Shown piece by piece: positions 1 to 8,641 of a stretch of 32,000 nt of DNA. Both the position numbers and the translations under genes were made by a program. The notes below the pieces were generated by a model. It did no database searches. It saw nothing but the letters and a program-made list of their open reading frames with translations, and had not been told where the DNA came from. How positions within the stretch are numbered: position 1 is the stretch's first letter; every line of letters begins with the position of its first letter. The stretch is from Geotalea uraniireducens Rf4 (GTDB lineage Bacteria; Desulfobacterota; Desulfuromonadia; Geobacterales; Geobacteraceae), in NCBI RefSeq assembly GCF_000016745.1, contig NC_009483.1, forward strand, positions 180,001 through 212,000, written 5' to 3'.

Positions 1-49
1 CGGCCTATGCGTTGCGAACGCATCGCTCTCCCAACTGAGCTACATCCCC
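1..49 (-). tRNA. tRNA-Ala (anticodon CGC), 5' two-thirds only; remainder lies beyond the window start
   Basis: The reverse complement of 1-49 reads GGGGATG-TA-GCTC-AGTTGGGA-GAGC-G-ATGCG-TTCGCAA-CGCAT-AGGCCG. This gives an acceptor 5' strand, a D-arm, and an anticodon stem with 7-nt loop TTCGCAA, so the anticodon is CGC. The T-arm and 3' acceptor strand are not visible. Confidence 0.8.
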
Positions 50-79
50 TCTGGCAGTAAACTCATTACTTCAATCGTT

Positions 80-108
80 TATATACAGGAAATAATGGCG
101 CTTGAAAA
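80..108 (-). promoter_or_regulatory. Candidate sigma70-type promoter for the tRNA
   Basis: The minus strand reads TTTTCA (108-103), a 17-nt spacer, then TATATA (85-80). The -10 element ends about 30 nt upstream of the mature tRNA 5' end. Confidence 0.3.
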
Positions 109-117
109 GCGAAAAAA

Positions 118-2460
118 TCACGCATGTAAAGGAAGAATCACCGTAAATTCTACGCCTGTTCCGGGTTTGTTGTTTATGTGGATCTTGCCGCCGTGATTGG
201 TGATTATTCTGTTGGCAATGGGGAGTCCCAAGCCGGTACCGGTATCTTTGGTCGTATAGAAGGGGTTGAAGATGTTGTTCAGCACTTCCAGTGGAATTCC
301 ACCGCCGGTGTCTGCAATTTTTATTGAAATCGCCTTGCTTCCGTCAAGAACAGAGGGCGCGACCTTTATGTTCAAATTCCCTCCGTTTTTCATGGCTTCC
401 TCGGCGTTCAAGAAGAGATTTATGAAAACCTGCTTCAATTGCTGACAATCACCGAGAAATGTGGCGATATTCCTGGGGAAATTTTTGTGAATCTTTATGT
501 TCCTTTCTTTGAGTGACAGCTGGACCACTGCAAGGGCATCATTGATGATTTCGCTTATATTGCAGAGGGTGTAGCAGATGGTGGTCTTTTTTGAAAAGGA
601 GAGAATATCGGTAAGCATTTTCTCCAGCCTCAGCACTTCCCTTACGATCAGATCGGCACATTCCCGTTCACCGGAAGGTGGCGGCAGCTTATTCGCCAAG
701 CGCCTGGCAAAACCGCCAATTGCGACGAGCGGCCCCTTCAGTTCGTGGGCAATGCCTGCCGCCATTTCTCCGATGGTAGCCAGCCGCTCACCCTGGATAA
801 GTCGTTCCTGCGCTTCGCACAACTCACGGTTGGTGTCTTCGACCCGGTTATAGAGGATGGAATTTTCAACAGCCATGCCTGCCTGGTTGGCAAAAAGCTG
901 GAGGAAACGAAGATCTTCCTGGGTAATGGGGTTGCCTTGAATGGTGTTATCGACAACGATCACGCCTACGACCTGTTCTCTTGCTATGAGCGGCGCAACA
1001 GCAAAAGAGGTGATGCCGAAGCGCCGTATAAAGTCCCGATCAACATGCTTTTCCCTGGCAGCTTTGGCAACAAAAATCAGCCTTTTTTCAAGAACTGCCG
1101 CTGAAGCCACGTTTGAAGTCCTGTTCAATTCCAGACGACTGGCCATGACATGGCGGCTGAATTCGGACTCTCGCTGACGGACCATGTCATTCTCCGATAT
1201 GTCCCAGCGGCTTGCCAATATGTCTTCAATCTCGGCAAACGGGGTGATCAGACCTGTGGATGTTTCCCTTGTTACCCCCAGCATCCCCTGCATGACACAG
1301 GAGCGCTCGTTTATCAAAAAAAGCATGGCGCGGTCAAAAAAGGGGTTTGCACCAGAGGTCAGAGCGGACAGGATCAGGTGTATCAGCTTGTTGAGTTTGA
1401 TGGTGGAGAGCATGGTGTTGCTGACGCGGTAGAGCAGGGATAGTTCTTTGATCTTTTTATCGTTCTCGGCCGAGAGGCTCGACAACTGCTGAAAGTTGGC
1501 GGCGCCGGCCAGCGCGTTGGAAATGAGCAGGGCCATGCTCTCAAAGAGAGCGAGGTCCTCCTCGTCGAAGGTTCTGCAATGGCCGTCATCGTCACGTTTG
1601 CCGAAAAAAGTCATGGTGCCCAGCGTATCCGTTTCGAAATGAAGCGGTACACAGACGTAAGAGGGGGGGAGTTTCCCCTCGGAACCGACGTCGCCGGCCA
1701 GGTGCGGAATGTTGCTGCTTAAAACCTGTTCGGAACAACTTTTTTCGATTTGCAGCAGATCCTTCAGATACGGCCTGAGTTTGTGCCGGCAGGATTTAAA
1801 CAATCCGGCCGGCAGCCCGCTCGTTCCGGTAAGTCTGACCGTCGTGCAGCAGGAAACGGAAAGTTTGTTGCACGCCTGAAGGACCAGAGGAATAAGGTCC
1901 TCCGGTGGGATGAATCGATTGAGTAGCTGACCCAATTCGCTGAGAACGGTCAAATCCCGTACGGTCCTGTTCGATACGGACGAAAGGCAGATGCCCTGAA
2001 TAATGCCTGCCACAACGGTTGGGACATCATCTAGCAAGGTGAGGTCCTTTTCCGAGAGAGGATTCTCCGGTGTTAATCCAAGGGCAATTATTCCGGTTAC
2101 CATATCCTTATCGAGTACCGGCAGGAATAAAAAGCGTGATTCATTCCCCGCCCTCGGTTCATCGACATGGAGGTTTTCGGGGTTACGGTAGAGCTGTTTT
2201 TTTGATGCTGCGCACAGTCCGGCGCCGCCGATTCCTATGGGGATCATGCATGTGCTTAATGTGCCGGGGCCGGCAGTGGATACTTTGTGGGAGAGGCTGA
2301 GGGATTTTTCGTCGAGCAAGTAAATGGTTACGGAGGGTAACCGAAGCGATTTGGCCAGGAACTTTACCAGTGATTTCAACCTTGTCGGGTAGGGACTGTC
2401 GGATCTGTTGGCAATCCGCACCACGCAACTCAAGAGGTTGTATCTGTCCCCATCAGTCAT
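118..2460 (-). CDS. Multi-GAF sensor histidine kinase
   Basis: Long ORF. The ATG at 2460 is preceded by GGAG 8 nt upstream; the ORF-track start at 2463 is a TTG. The C-terminus has H-box AHELKGPL, N-box NLFLNAEEAM, and G-boxes DTGGGIP and GTGLGLPI. The N-terminal 550 aa looks like repeated GAF-type segments. Confidence 0.85.
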   Translation of the reverse strand: MTDGDRYNLLSCVVRIANRSDSPYPTRLKSLVKFLAKSLRLPSVTIYLLDEKSLSLSHKVSTAGPGTLSTCMIPIGIGGAGLCAASKKQLYRNPENLHVDEPRAGNESRFLFLPVLDKDMVTGIIALGLTPENPLSEKDLTLLDDVPTVVAGIIQGICLSSVSNRTVRDLTVLSELGQLLNRFIPPEDLIPLVLQACNKLSVSCCTTVRLTGTSGLPAGLFKSCRHKLRPYLKDLLQIEKSCSEQVLSSNIPHLAGDVGSEGKLPPSYVCVPLHFETDTLGTMTFFGKRDDDGHCRTFDEEDLALFESMALLISNALAGAANFQQLSSLSAENDKKIKELSLLYRVSNTMLSTIKLNKLIHLILSALTSGANPFFDRAMLFLINERSCVMQGMLGVTRETSTGLITPFAEIEDILASRWDISENDMVRQRESEFSRHVMASRLELNRTSNVASAAVLEKRLIFVAKAAREKHVDRDFIRRFGITSFAVAPLIAREQVVGVIVVDNTIQGNPITQEDLRFLQLFANQAGMAVENSILYNRVEDTNRELCEAQERLIQGERLATIGEMAAGIAHELKGPLVAIGGFARRLANKLPPPSGERECADLIVREVLRLEKMLTDILSFSKKTTICYTLCNISEIINDALAVVQLSLKERNIKIHKNFPRNIATFLGDCQQLKQVFINLFLNAEEAMKNGGNLNIKVAPSVLDGSKAISIKIADTGGGIPLEVLNNIFNPFYTTKDTGTGLGLPIANRIITNHGGKIHINNKPGTGVEFTVILPLHA

Positions 2461-2519
2461 CAATAACTCCGGCGGGCGTTACTTCAAGGATAGAGAAAAT
2501 GTGACGGTACGCTGGTTGA

Positions 2520-2888
2520 TTAACGAAGTTTCTCTTTCTGTTCCTGTTCCATTTTGCAGTCTATGCAGAGTGTTGTGACCGGGCGTGCCTTAAGCCTTGC
2601 TTCGCTGATTTCTTCTTCGCAGACCTCGCAAATTCCGAATGTGCCGGCCTCTATCCGCTCAAGGGCCTCTTTTATCTTGTTGATGAGCTTGCGCTCCCGG
2701 TCCCTGATGCGAAGTTCGAAGTTACGGTCCGATTCCTGTGTTGCCCTGTCGTTCGGATCGGGAAAATTGGTTGTGTCCGAAGTCATTTCCGACACGGTCT
2801 TACCGGCTTCTTCCCGGAGCACGCGCATTTCTTCCAACAGAATCCCTTTGAAATATTCAAACTTGTCAGCATTCATGAAGCTCACCAT
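2520..2888 (-). CDS. dksA: RNA polymerase-binding transcription factor DksA (DksA/TraR C4 zinc finger)
   Basis: NFPDPNDRATQESD...ELRIRDRERKLI...CEVCEEEI...RLKARPVTTLCIDCK closely parallels E. coli DksA in the DxxDxA coiled-coil tip and the C4 finger. The start is uncertain: the ATG at 2888 abuts its own SD, and the ATG at 2876 (MNADKF) is an alternative. Confidence 0.88.
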   Translation of the reverse strand: MVSFMNADKFEYFKGILLEEMRVLREEAGKTVSEMTSDTTNFPDPNDRATQESDRNFELRIRDRERKLINKIKEALERIEAGTFGICEVCEEEISEARLKARPVTTLCIDCKMEQEQKEKLR

Positions 2889-2969
2889 CCTTTATAAATC
2901 ATTTTAATATTAAAAAGGATTTTACGTATTTAGTAAAGTAAAATCTGTTTCATCTTGGTAACGCAATAG

Positions 2970-4331
2970 TCAAAAGGCCTTTTCCAGCGTCTCTTCCACG
3001 GATCTGACCCCGATGAGCTCCATTCCTTTTGCTTTGACCTGTTTGAGATTGCCGGCGGGAAGAATGCAACGGCTGAAACCGAGTTTTGCGGCTTCCTTTA
3101 CCCTGAGTTCCGGTTGGGTAATCCCCCGTACCTCCCCGGCAAGCCCGACCTCGCCGAGCAGGAGGGTGTGCTGGTCGACGGTTTTATCAAGATGGCTTGA
3201 AGCTACGGCGGTTACCATGCCGAGGTCGGCTGCTGGTTCGTTCAGTTTGACTCCGCCCGCTACATTCAGGAATATATCCTGTCCCGATAAAGTTAACCCG
3301 ACTTTTTTCTCAAGCACGGCAACGAGCAGAGAAAGACGATTGTGATCCACGCCGATGGTCGTACGCCGGGGAACACCAAGAGATGAAGCGGTTACGAGCG
3401 CTTGCAGCTCAACGAGAAGGGGACGGCTACCCTCCAGGGTTGCAACTACTACCGAACCCGAAACCCCCAGGGGGCGCTCGGAGAGGAAGAGTTCGGAAGG
3501 ATTTTTGACTTCGAATAATCCCCCCTCCTTCATTTCAAAAACGCCGATCTCATTGGTTGAACCAAAGCGGTTCTTGACCGCTCTCAGTATTCTGAAAGGG
3601 TGGCCGCTGTCTCCTTCGAAATAGAGCACGGTGTCGACCAGATGTTCAAGAACGCGCGGACCGGCAATGGAGCCGTCTTTGGTGACATGGCCGACGAGGA
3701 AAACCGGAATGCCGCTGCCTTTAGCCAGCATCATCAGTCTGCCGGCAGTTTCACGGACCTGGCTGACACTTCCCGGCGCCGACTCCAGTGCCGAGGTAAA
3801 GACGGTTTGAATCGAATCGACGACCAAGGCCTTGGGCTGCATGCGTTGTGCATGGGTAAGGATTTTTTCCAGTGAGGTTTCTGCCAGGATAAAGAGGTCC
3901 GAGGCATTTACCCCCATCCTGGCGCCGCGGAGCTTTATCTGGCGGGCGGATTCCTCGCCGGAGACATAGAGAACGCTCCCCGATGCCTTTGCGAAGTGGT
4001 CTGTTGCCTGCAAAAGAAGGGTCGATTTGCCGATACCGGGGTCACCGCCGATCAACACCAGTGACCCTGCAACCAAACCGCCACCCAGCACGCGGTCAAA
4101 TTCGGAAATGCCCGTGGGGAGACGCATCTCCGCCTCGCCGCCGACCTGGGATATGGGTAGTGGTGGCAAATCCGGGCTTGATACCCCTGATTGCAAACCG
4201 GTTTTGAGTTGGAGTTCTTCCTCCAGCGTATTCCATGAGTTGCAATCAGGGCATCGGCCCAGCCACTTGGCGGACTGATAACCGCATTTCTGGCACGCGT
4301 ACACTGTTTTTGTCTTCAATTTCCCGACCAC
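2970..4331 (-). CDS. radA: DNA repair protein RadA/Sms
   Basis: N-terminal zinc finger CQKCGY...CPDCNSW, Walker A GGDPGIGKST, the KNRFG motif, and a Lon-like C-terminal domain. The apparent start at 4331 is a GTG. Confidence 0.95.
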   Translation of the reverse strand: MVGKLKTKTVYACQKCGYQSAKWLGRCPDCNSWNTLEEELQLKTGLQSGVSSPDLPPLPISQVGGEAEMRLPTGISEFDRVLGGGLVAGSLVLIGGDPGIGKSTLLLQATDHFAKASGSVLYVSGEESARQIKLRGARMGVNASDLFILAETSLEKILTHAQRMQPKALVVDSIQTVFTSALESAPGSVSQVRETAGRLMMLAKGSGIPVFLVGHVTKDGSIAGPRVLEHLVDTVLYFEGDSGHPFRILRAVKNRFGSTNEIGVFEMKEGGLFEVKNPSELFLSERPLGVSGSVVVATLEGSRPLLVELQALVTASSLGVPRRTTIGVDHNRLSLLVAVLEKKVGLTLSGQDIFLNVAGGVKLNEPAADLGMVTAVASSHLDKTVDQHTLLLGEVGLAGEVRGITQPELRVKEAAKLGFSRCILPAGNLKQVKAKGMELIGVRSVEETLEKAF

Positions 4332-4418
4332 TCTGTTTGCTCGAATTAGCGGATAGTAGCTCCTTTCTCATGTCGTGTCAATAAACGGACTGGACAGCAA
4401 TCTGCAACAGTAATAAGT

Positions 4419-4448
4419 TTGACAATGATTTTAACATTACGATAAAAT
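4419..4448 (+). promoter_or_regulatory. Candidate sigma70 promoter for the HEAT/HD-GYP operon
   Basis: TTGACA (4419-4424), an 18-nt spacer, then TAAAAT (4443-4448). This places the TSS near 4455 and argues against the TTG start at 4453. Confidence 0.5.
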
Positions 4449-4479
4449 CCGCTTGAATCTATTTTGTAAAGGCTTTGAT

Positions 4480-6123
4480 ATGAGCGCTGGAAAAGATACG
4501 ATACTAAAACTGGTTCGGCCCAACAGCGAACCGGCACGTGGAAGCGCTGTTCTTGCTGACCTCTACAAGGCCTTGAAGGCCATCGGATTTTATCCCCACG
4601 ACCATCCCCTGCGAGAAGAAATTCTCCGGACAGCCCATAAATCCCTTCAGTCTCTCCTCGCTGAGAAGGAACTGCTGCTCGTCATTACCCGTTCCGGTTT
4701 TTCGTCCATCGATGGCGACGCGTTTGTTGACAGTAATCAGATGGTCAGGGCACTGGCCGGAGAATTATTCGTTCGCAGGATTCAACGGCTTACGTTGCTC
4801 AATGACCTTACCCTTAAAGACCTTCGCTCCTTTCTCCAGCTATTGGCATTGGATCCGCAAAAACTGGCTTCTTCCGGCGGTATGGCTCAGGAGATGATAA
4901 CGCAAGGTATCAGGACCATCTGGGCAAACGAACTCGATCTCTCGGTGATATGGGAAAAACGGCAGTCAATGGATGAAGGCGTTGTTGCTCTGGCCGGTGC
5001 AGATGAGGATGCCGGCAAGGGGGACGCCGAGCTTCAGGCCGGAACCGATGCAATAGAGGAATCCGGCTATCCGTCGGATTGTCTCCCGACTGAAGAAGCC
5101 GAGTTGGCGTTGGAAGATCTGATTGCCCGTATGGATGACGAGCCGAACGATAATCGTTACCAGCAACTAGCCAGGTTGCTCGTTGTTCAGGCGGAAAAAC
5201 TCAAGGAAAGGGCGATTTGCGGGCCTCTGCTGCCGGTTATAGAGGCGCTCATGCGGCATAGCGACGATGGCGGCAGGAGTGCCGTAAAGAAGGAATACGC
5301 TGTATTTACCTTGGAACAGATAGCCGACGGGATAATGACGGATTTTCTTCTCCAGCAGCTTGAAATCATGAGTTCCATAGAAAAGGAAAGAATTTATGCT
5401 GTGCTCGGGCGGTTGGGCGCAAAGGTAGCATACGGGATCATTCAGAGGCTCTGTCTAACGGATGGGCTACTTGCGCGAAAGTCTTTAGCGGCTGCGCTGT
5501 TGCGGATCGGTCCGCCGGCAGTCCCTCCGCTCCTGGCCATGCTGAAAGACGAACGCTGGTACGTAGTTCGCAACATGGTTGCCATTATTGGCGAAATAGG
5601 GTGCAGGAATTCGGTGTATGCGTTGCGACCGGCTGTCAATCATGAAGACCCGCGGGTGAGGAAGGAAGCCATCCGGGCTCTTGTAAAAACTGGCGGTAAA
5701 GATGCCGAATCCATCCTTATCGACTTGCTGGACGATGATGATGAGTCTATAGTCCGGCATGCCATCATGTCATTGGGCATTCTTAAAAGTACGACGGCGA
5801 TTCTGTCGCTGATAAGTATTACGAAGAAACGGGACATCTTCACGAAGCGCCTTGCCATGAAAAAAGATGCCATCCAGGCCCTTGGCCGGATAGGCGATAA
5901 GCGTGCGACACCGCATCTTTTGACGGTGCTTGAGGCGCATTGCTGGTTGCCCTGGAACAGATGGGACGATTTGAAGGTTGTGGCTGCGACAGCCTTGGGA
6001 CAATTGGGTGATGAAGCGGCTCTGCCGGTATTGAAGTCAAACGCATCCCGTGGCGGACGTCTTGGTAGGGCATGCAGCGAAGCGGTGGATAATATTGAAA
6101 GGGTGGCGGAAGGGATTGAATGA
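4480..6123 (+). CDS. HEAT-repeat (PBS-lyase-like) protein with an N-terminal FYPxxHP module
   Basis: The ATG at 4480 (MSAGKD) has AAAGG upstream. The C-terminal half carries repeated D/ExxVRxxAxxALGxIG-type HEAT units (EDPRVRKEAIRALVKTGG, DESIVRHAIMSLGIL, KKDAIQALGRIGD, VVAATALGQLGD). The stop overlaps the next start (ATGA at 6120-6123). Confidence 0.8.
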   Translation: MSAGKDTILKLVRPNSEPARGSAVLADLYKALKAIGFYPHDHPLREEILRTAHKSLQSLLAEKELLLVITRSGFSSIDGDAFVDSNQMVRALAGELFVRRIQRLTLLNDLTLKDLRSFLQLLALDPQKLASSGGMAQEMITQGIRTIWANELDLSVIWEKRQSMDEGVVALAGADEDAGKGDAELQAGTDAIEESGYPSDCLPTEEAELALEDLIARMDDEPNDNRYQQLARLLVVQAEKLKERAICGPLLPVIEALMRHSDDGGRSAVKKEYAVFTLEQIADGIMTDFLLQQLEIMSSIEKERIYAVLGRLGAKVAYGIIQRLCLTDGLLARKSLAAALLRIGPPAVPPLLAMLKDERWYVVRNMVAIIGEIGCRNSVYALRPAVNHEDPRVRKEAIRALVKTGGKDAESILIDLLDDDDESIVRHAIMSLGILKSTTAILSLISITKKRDIFTKRLAMKKDAIQALGRIGDKRATPHLLTVLEAHCWLPWNRWDDLKVVAATALGQLGDEAALPVLKSNASRGGRLGRACSEAVDNIERVAEGIE

Positions 6124-7493
6124 GTGAAATAAGCCTGCAAACCGCACAGCGACTGGTAACGCTTCTGTCCGGCGCCATGAAAGGGATGACTTTTTACCCC
6201 GCCAGGCATCCCGCCATCATGCAACCGCTTCAGGAAATCATGGATGCCGCGGAAAAAGTTCTGCGGTCCCAGCCTGAAATCAGGCTGGGGGTGATTGACG
6301 GGGTGTTCTTCATTGAGGACCACCTGTTCTTCACACCAACCACCAGCATTGAAGAACTGGCCGGCCGGTTGATGGAAAAGGAATTCAGCGGGATAATCAT
6401 CAGACGTGGGGTAAAGCTCCATGACCTGACTCTCTTTGTTTCCTTGTTGGGCAGAAACAACCTCAATGCCGCGCAGATAGAGAAAGAAATGGTTGAACAG
6501 GGTGTAACCGGCATCAGTCTGAAGATCGTGGCAGACGAAGGGTCGGAGAAAACGGAGGAGGGGGACCGGGAGAGCGGCGCGCTGCAAACCTACAGCCAGG
6601 CGCTGGCAGCGATACGCGATGTATTCAAGGACATTGAGAGCGGGAGAATACCGAGCAGCGAAAAGATTGTCGCGGTGGTGCAAAATATGGCCGCCATGGC
6701 CATTCGGGACCCGGCGATTCTCATGTCGCTTTCCATGATAAAGGATTACGACAACTACACCTTCAACCACAGTGTCAATGTGGGGGTGATTTCAATGGCC
6801 CTTGGTGCTTTCCTCGGCCACGAAGGAAAAGAAATTGAGGGTGTCGGGATGGCCGGGTTCCTCCACGACATAGGTAAAACCCGGGTGGACAAGAGCATTC
6901 TCAATAAACCCGGCAAGCTTTCTGCCACTGAATTTGAAGAGATGAAAAAGCACACCGAATCCGGTACCGACATTATCAATAAAATGACGGGAATAAGCCC
7001 ACAGGTTGCCCAGGCCGTGCTGGGTCACCACCTGGGATTTAACCGGCAGGGGTATCCGGAATGGGCAAGGGAAATGCCCTTAAGCCCGATGAGTGAAATC
7101 GTCGCGGTTGCGGATTGTTATGATGCCGTGACAACGCTCCGTGTCTACCGGAGGCCTCTCAATCCCAAGGCGGCACTGGATGAAATCCGCAAGCTTTCGG
7201 GAAGCTATCTTAATGGTAATCTGGTTGACAAATTTGTGGAGATGATGGGAAACTATCCCGTAGGTACCCTCGTCAGGCTCGACAACAACGAAATTGCCGT
7301 GGTATTCAGGCCGAACCGGGAGAATAGCGACGCGCCGATCGTGAAAGTGGTGCTGGATGCTGCTGGAAGGAGGCTTGGAGACCCGCGTGTGCAGGGACTG
7401 GAGCTTCAGGGTGGTAGTTGTTACGCCAGCATTGTAGACGTTGTTGACCCTTCTCTGAAAAATATCGATGTGGCCAGCTACCTTAATTCCTGA
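6120..7493 (+). CDS. HD-GYP domain phosphohydrolase (putative c-di-GMP phosphodiesterase)
   Basis: HDIGKTRV (HD) and HHLGFNRQGYP (GYP) motifs are intact. The N-terminal ~130 aa is homologous to the N-terminus of the upstream HEAT protein. GGAAGGG lies upstream of the ATG. Confidence 0.9.
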   Translation: MSEISLQTAQRLVTLLSGAMKGMTFYPARHPAIMQPLQEIMDAAEKVLRSQPEIRLGVIDGVFFIEDHLFFTPTTSIEELAGRLMEKEFSGIIIRRGVKLHDLTLFVSLLGRNNLNAAQIEKEMVEQGVTGISLKIVADEGSEKTEEGDRESGALQTYSQALAAIRDVFKDIESGRIPSSEKIVAVVQNMAAMAIRDPAILMSLSMIKDYDNYTFNHSVNVGVISMALGAFLGHEGKEIEGVGMAGFLHDIGKTRVDKSILNKPGKLSATEFEEMKKHTESGTDIINKMTGISPQVAQAVLGHHLGFNRQGYPEWAREMPLSPMSEIVAVADCYDAVTTLRVYRRPLNPKAALDEIRKLSGSYLNGNLVDKFVEMMGNYPVGTLVRLDNNEIAVVFRPNRENSDAPIVKVVLDAAGRRLGDPRVQGLELQGGSCYASIVDVVDPSLKNIDVASYLNS

Positions 7494-7499
7494 TGTGCT

Positions 7500-8093
7500 T
7501 CAGGGCAGCTTTTGATTGAGCGACAGTTGTCCGAGCGCCAGGGCGGCAGCCTCTCTGGTCCTTGGGTGGGGAGAGTGCACCAGTTTTATAAGGCGGTCTT
7601 CAAGGCGGCAATCGCCTATCTTGCCAAGGGCCAGCGCGGCTTCGGCATCGAGGAGCCCGTCGTTTTCATCGAGGTAGGGGAGTAGAAGCTTTACCAGGGA
7701 AGGATCTTTGAAATTTGCCAGCGCCGCAATCGTTTTGGCTCTGACAGCAGGGTTGGTTTCCTGGAGTTTGCCGATCAATGGTGTGAGTGCGGTTGGGTGG
7801 GCCAGATTCCCCAGCACTTCGATGGCCGCAGACTTAATGTCCTCCTCGGGGCGGGAAATACAATAAATGAGGGGGGAAAGTACTTTCTCACCGCCTATTT
7901 CCCCAAGGGCGTAGATTGCCGCGATCTTAGCGGCGAGGCGCCCTTTTTTCAGGACGTCCAGTATTTCATCAAGGCTGCCCAGTCCTTCCAGGCACTCAAG
8001 TGCATGCGACGCCGCAAGACGCACCTCTTCACAGGGGTCCTTCAGCAGGGGCGCAAGCGCTTCATATCTTTTCATGATCAGTTTTGATACCAT
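7500..8093 (-). CDS. HEAT-repeat domain protein
   Basis: The 197-aa protein consists of about six HEAT-like units (EEVRLAASHALECL, AAKIAAIYALGEIGG, DIKSAAIEVLGNLAH, NPAVRAKTIAALANF, DAEAALALGKIGD, PRTREAAALALGQL). It converges on the HD-GYP gene with a 6-bp gap. No clear SD is present. Confidence 0.75.
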   Translation of the reverse strand: MVSKLIMKRYEALAPLLKDPCEEVRLAASHALECLEGLGSLDEILDVLKKGRLAAKIAAIYALGEIGGEKVLSPLIYCISRPEEDIKSAAIEVLGNLAHPTALTPLIGKLQETNPAVRAKTIAALANFKDPSLVKLLLPYLDENDGLLDAEAALALGKIGDCRLEDRLIKLVHSPHPRTREAAALALGQLSLNQKLP

Positions 8094-8151
8094 ATGCGAT
8101 TATTATTAACAAAATTAGGCAACTTCGACAATAAATTTCAGACAGGAGCTG

Positions 8152-8478
8152 ATGATGAAGGTAAATATTAAGGCGGCGCTGCTTTCTGCACTGGTCCTTC
8201 CCGGCCTCGGCCAGTTGTACAGGGGGAGCAAGGTCAAAGGGGGGGTAATGATCCTCCTGGTGAATGTGTTCCTGCTGGGAGCGCTCTTTCTCGCCATGCA
8301 GGGCATGGGGAAAATCATGCTGTCGGCGAAATTTTCCGGCATCAGCGGTGTAGAAAAGGTGCTGGAAACCATGAGAAATGATACCCCGGCTGCACGCTGG
8401 CTTCTGGCAGCTTTTTTCGGTTTGTGGCTCTATGGGGTCGTTGATGCGCTCTTAAACGACGGTTCCTGCAAGCGGTAG
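8152..8478 (+). CDS. Small membrane protein, function unknown
   Basis: AGGAG at 8144-8148 precedes tandem ATGs at 8152 and 8155. Hydrophobic segments are ALLSALVLPGLGQLY, VMILLVNVFLLGALFLAM and WLLAAFFGLWLYGVV. Confidence 0.6.
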   Translation: MMKVNIKAALLSALVLPGLGQLYRGSKVKGGVMILLVNVFLLGALFLAMQGMGKIMLSAKFSGISGVEKVLETMRNDTPAARWLLAAFFGLWLYGVVDALLNDGSCKR

Positions 8479-8540
8479 GGAAGCGGGGCCGCAACCGGCT
8501 TGCTCGCTGCCAGGCCGGCCTTTTGGGCGTTAATATTGAT

Positions 8541-8570
8541 TTGACAAACGGCTTTATGGTGTGAGATAAA
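8541..8570 (+). promoter_or_regulatory. Candidate extended -10 promoter for fabH
   Basis: TTGACA (8541-8546), TG at 8562-8563, and GATAAA (8565-8570). The spacer is 18 nt. Confidence 0.4.
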
Positions 8571-8641
8571 GTATCGATTGTTCTGAAAAGATACTCAAAA
8601 TGCCATGCTTTGTTCGGGTAGGAAAATAGAGGGAAGAGATA

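Noticed and set aside
99-117. Small hairpin CGCTT-GAA-AAGCG followed by A6, next to the sensor-kinase stop
   Set aside because: On the minus-strand transcript the U-run precedes the stem rather than following it, so this is not a canonical terminator for the kinase gene. The stem is only 5 bp.
5640-6770. 376-aa minus-strand ORF spanning the HEAT/HD-GYP junction
   Set aside because: It is antisense to two well-supported genes and crosses their ATGA junction. No motifs are present.
7491-7502. 6-bp spacing between the convergent HD-GYP and HEAT genes as a special element
   Set aside because: The sequence is too short to contain any structure. It is noted only as context for the HEAT/HD-GYP finding.
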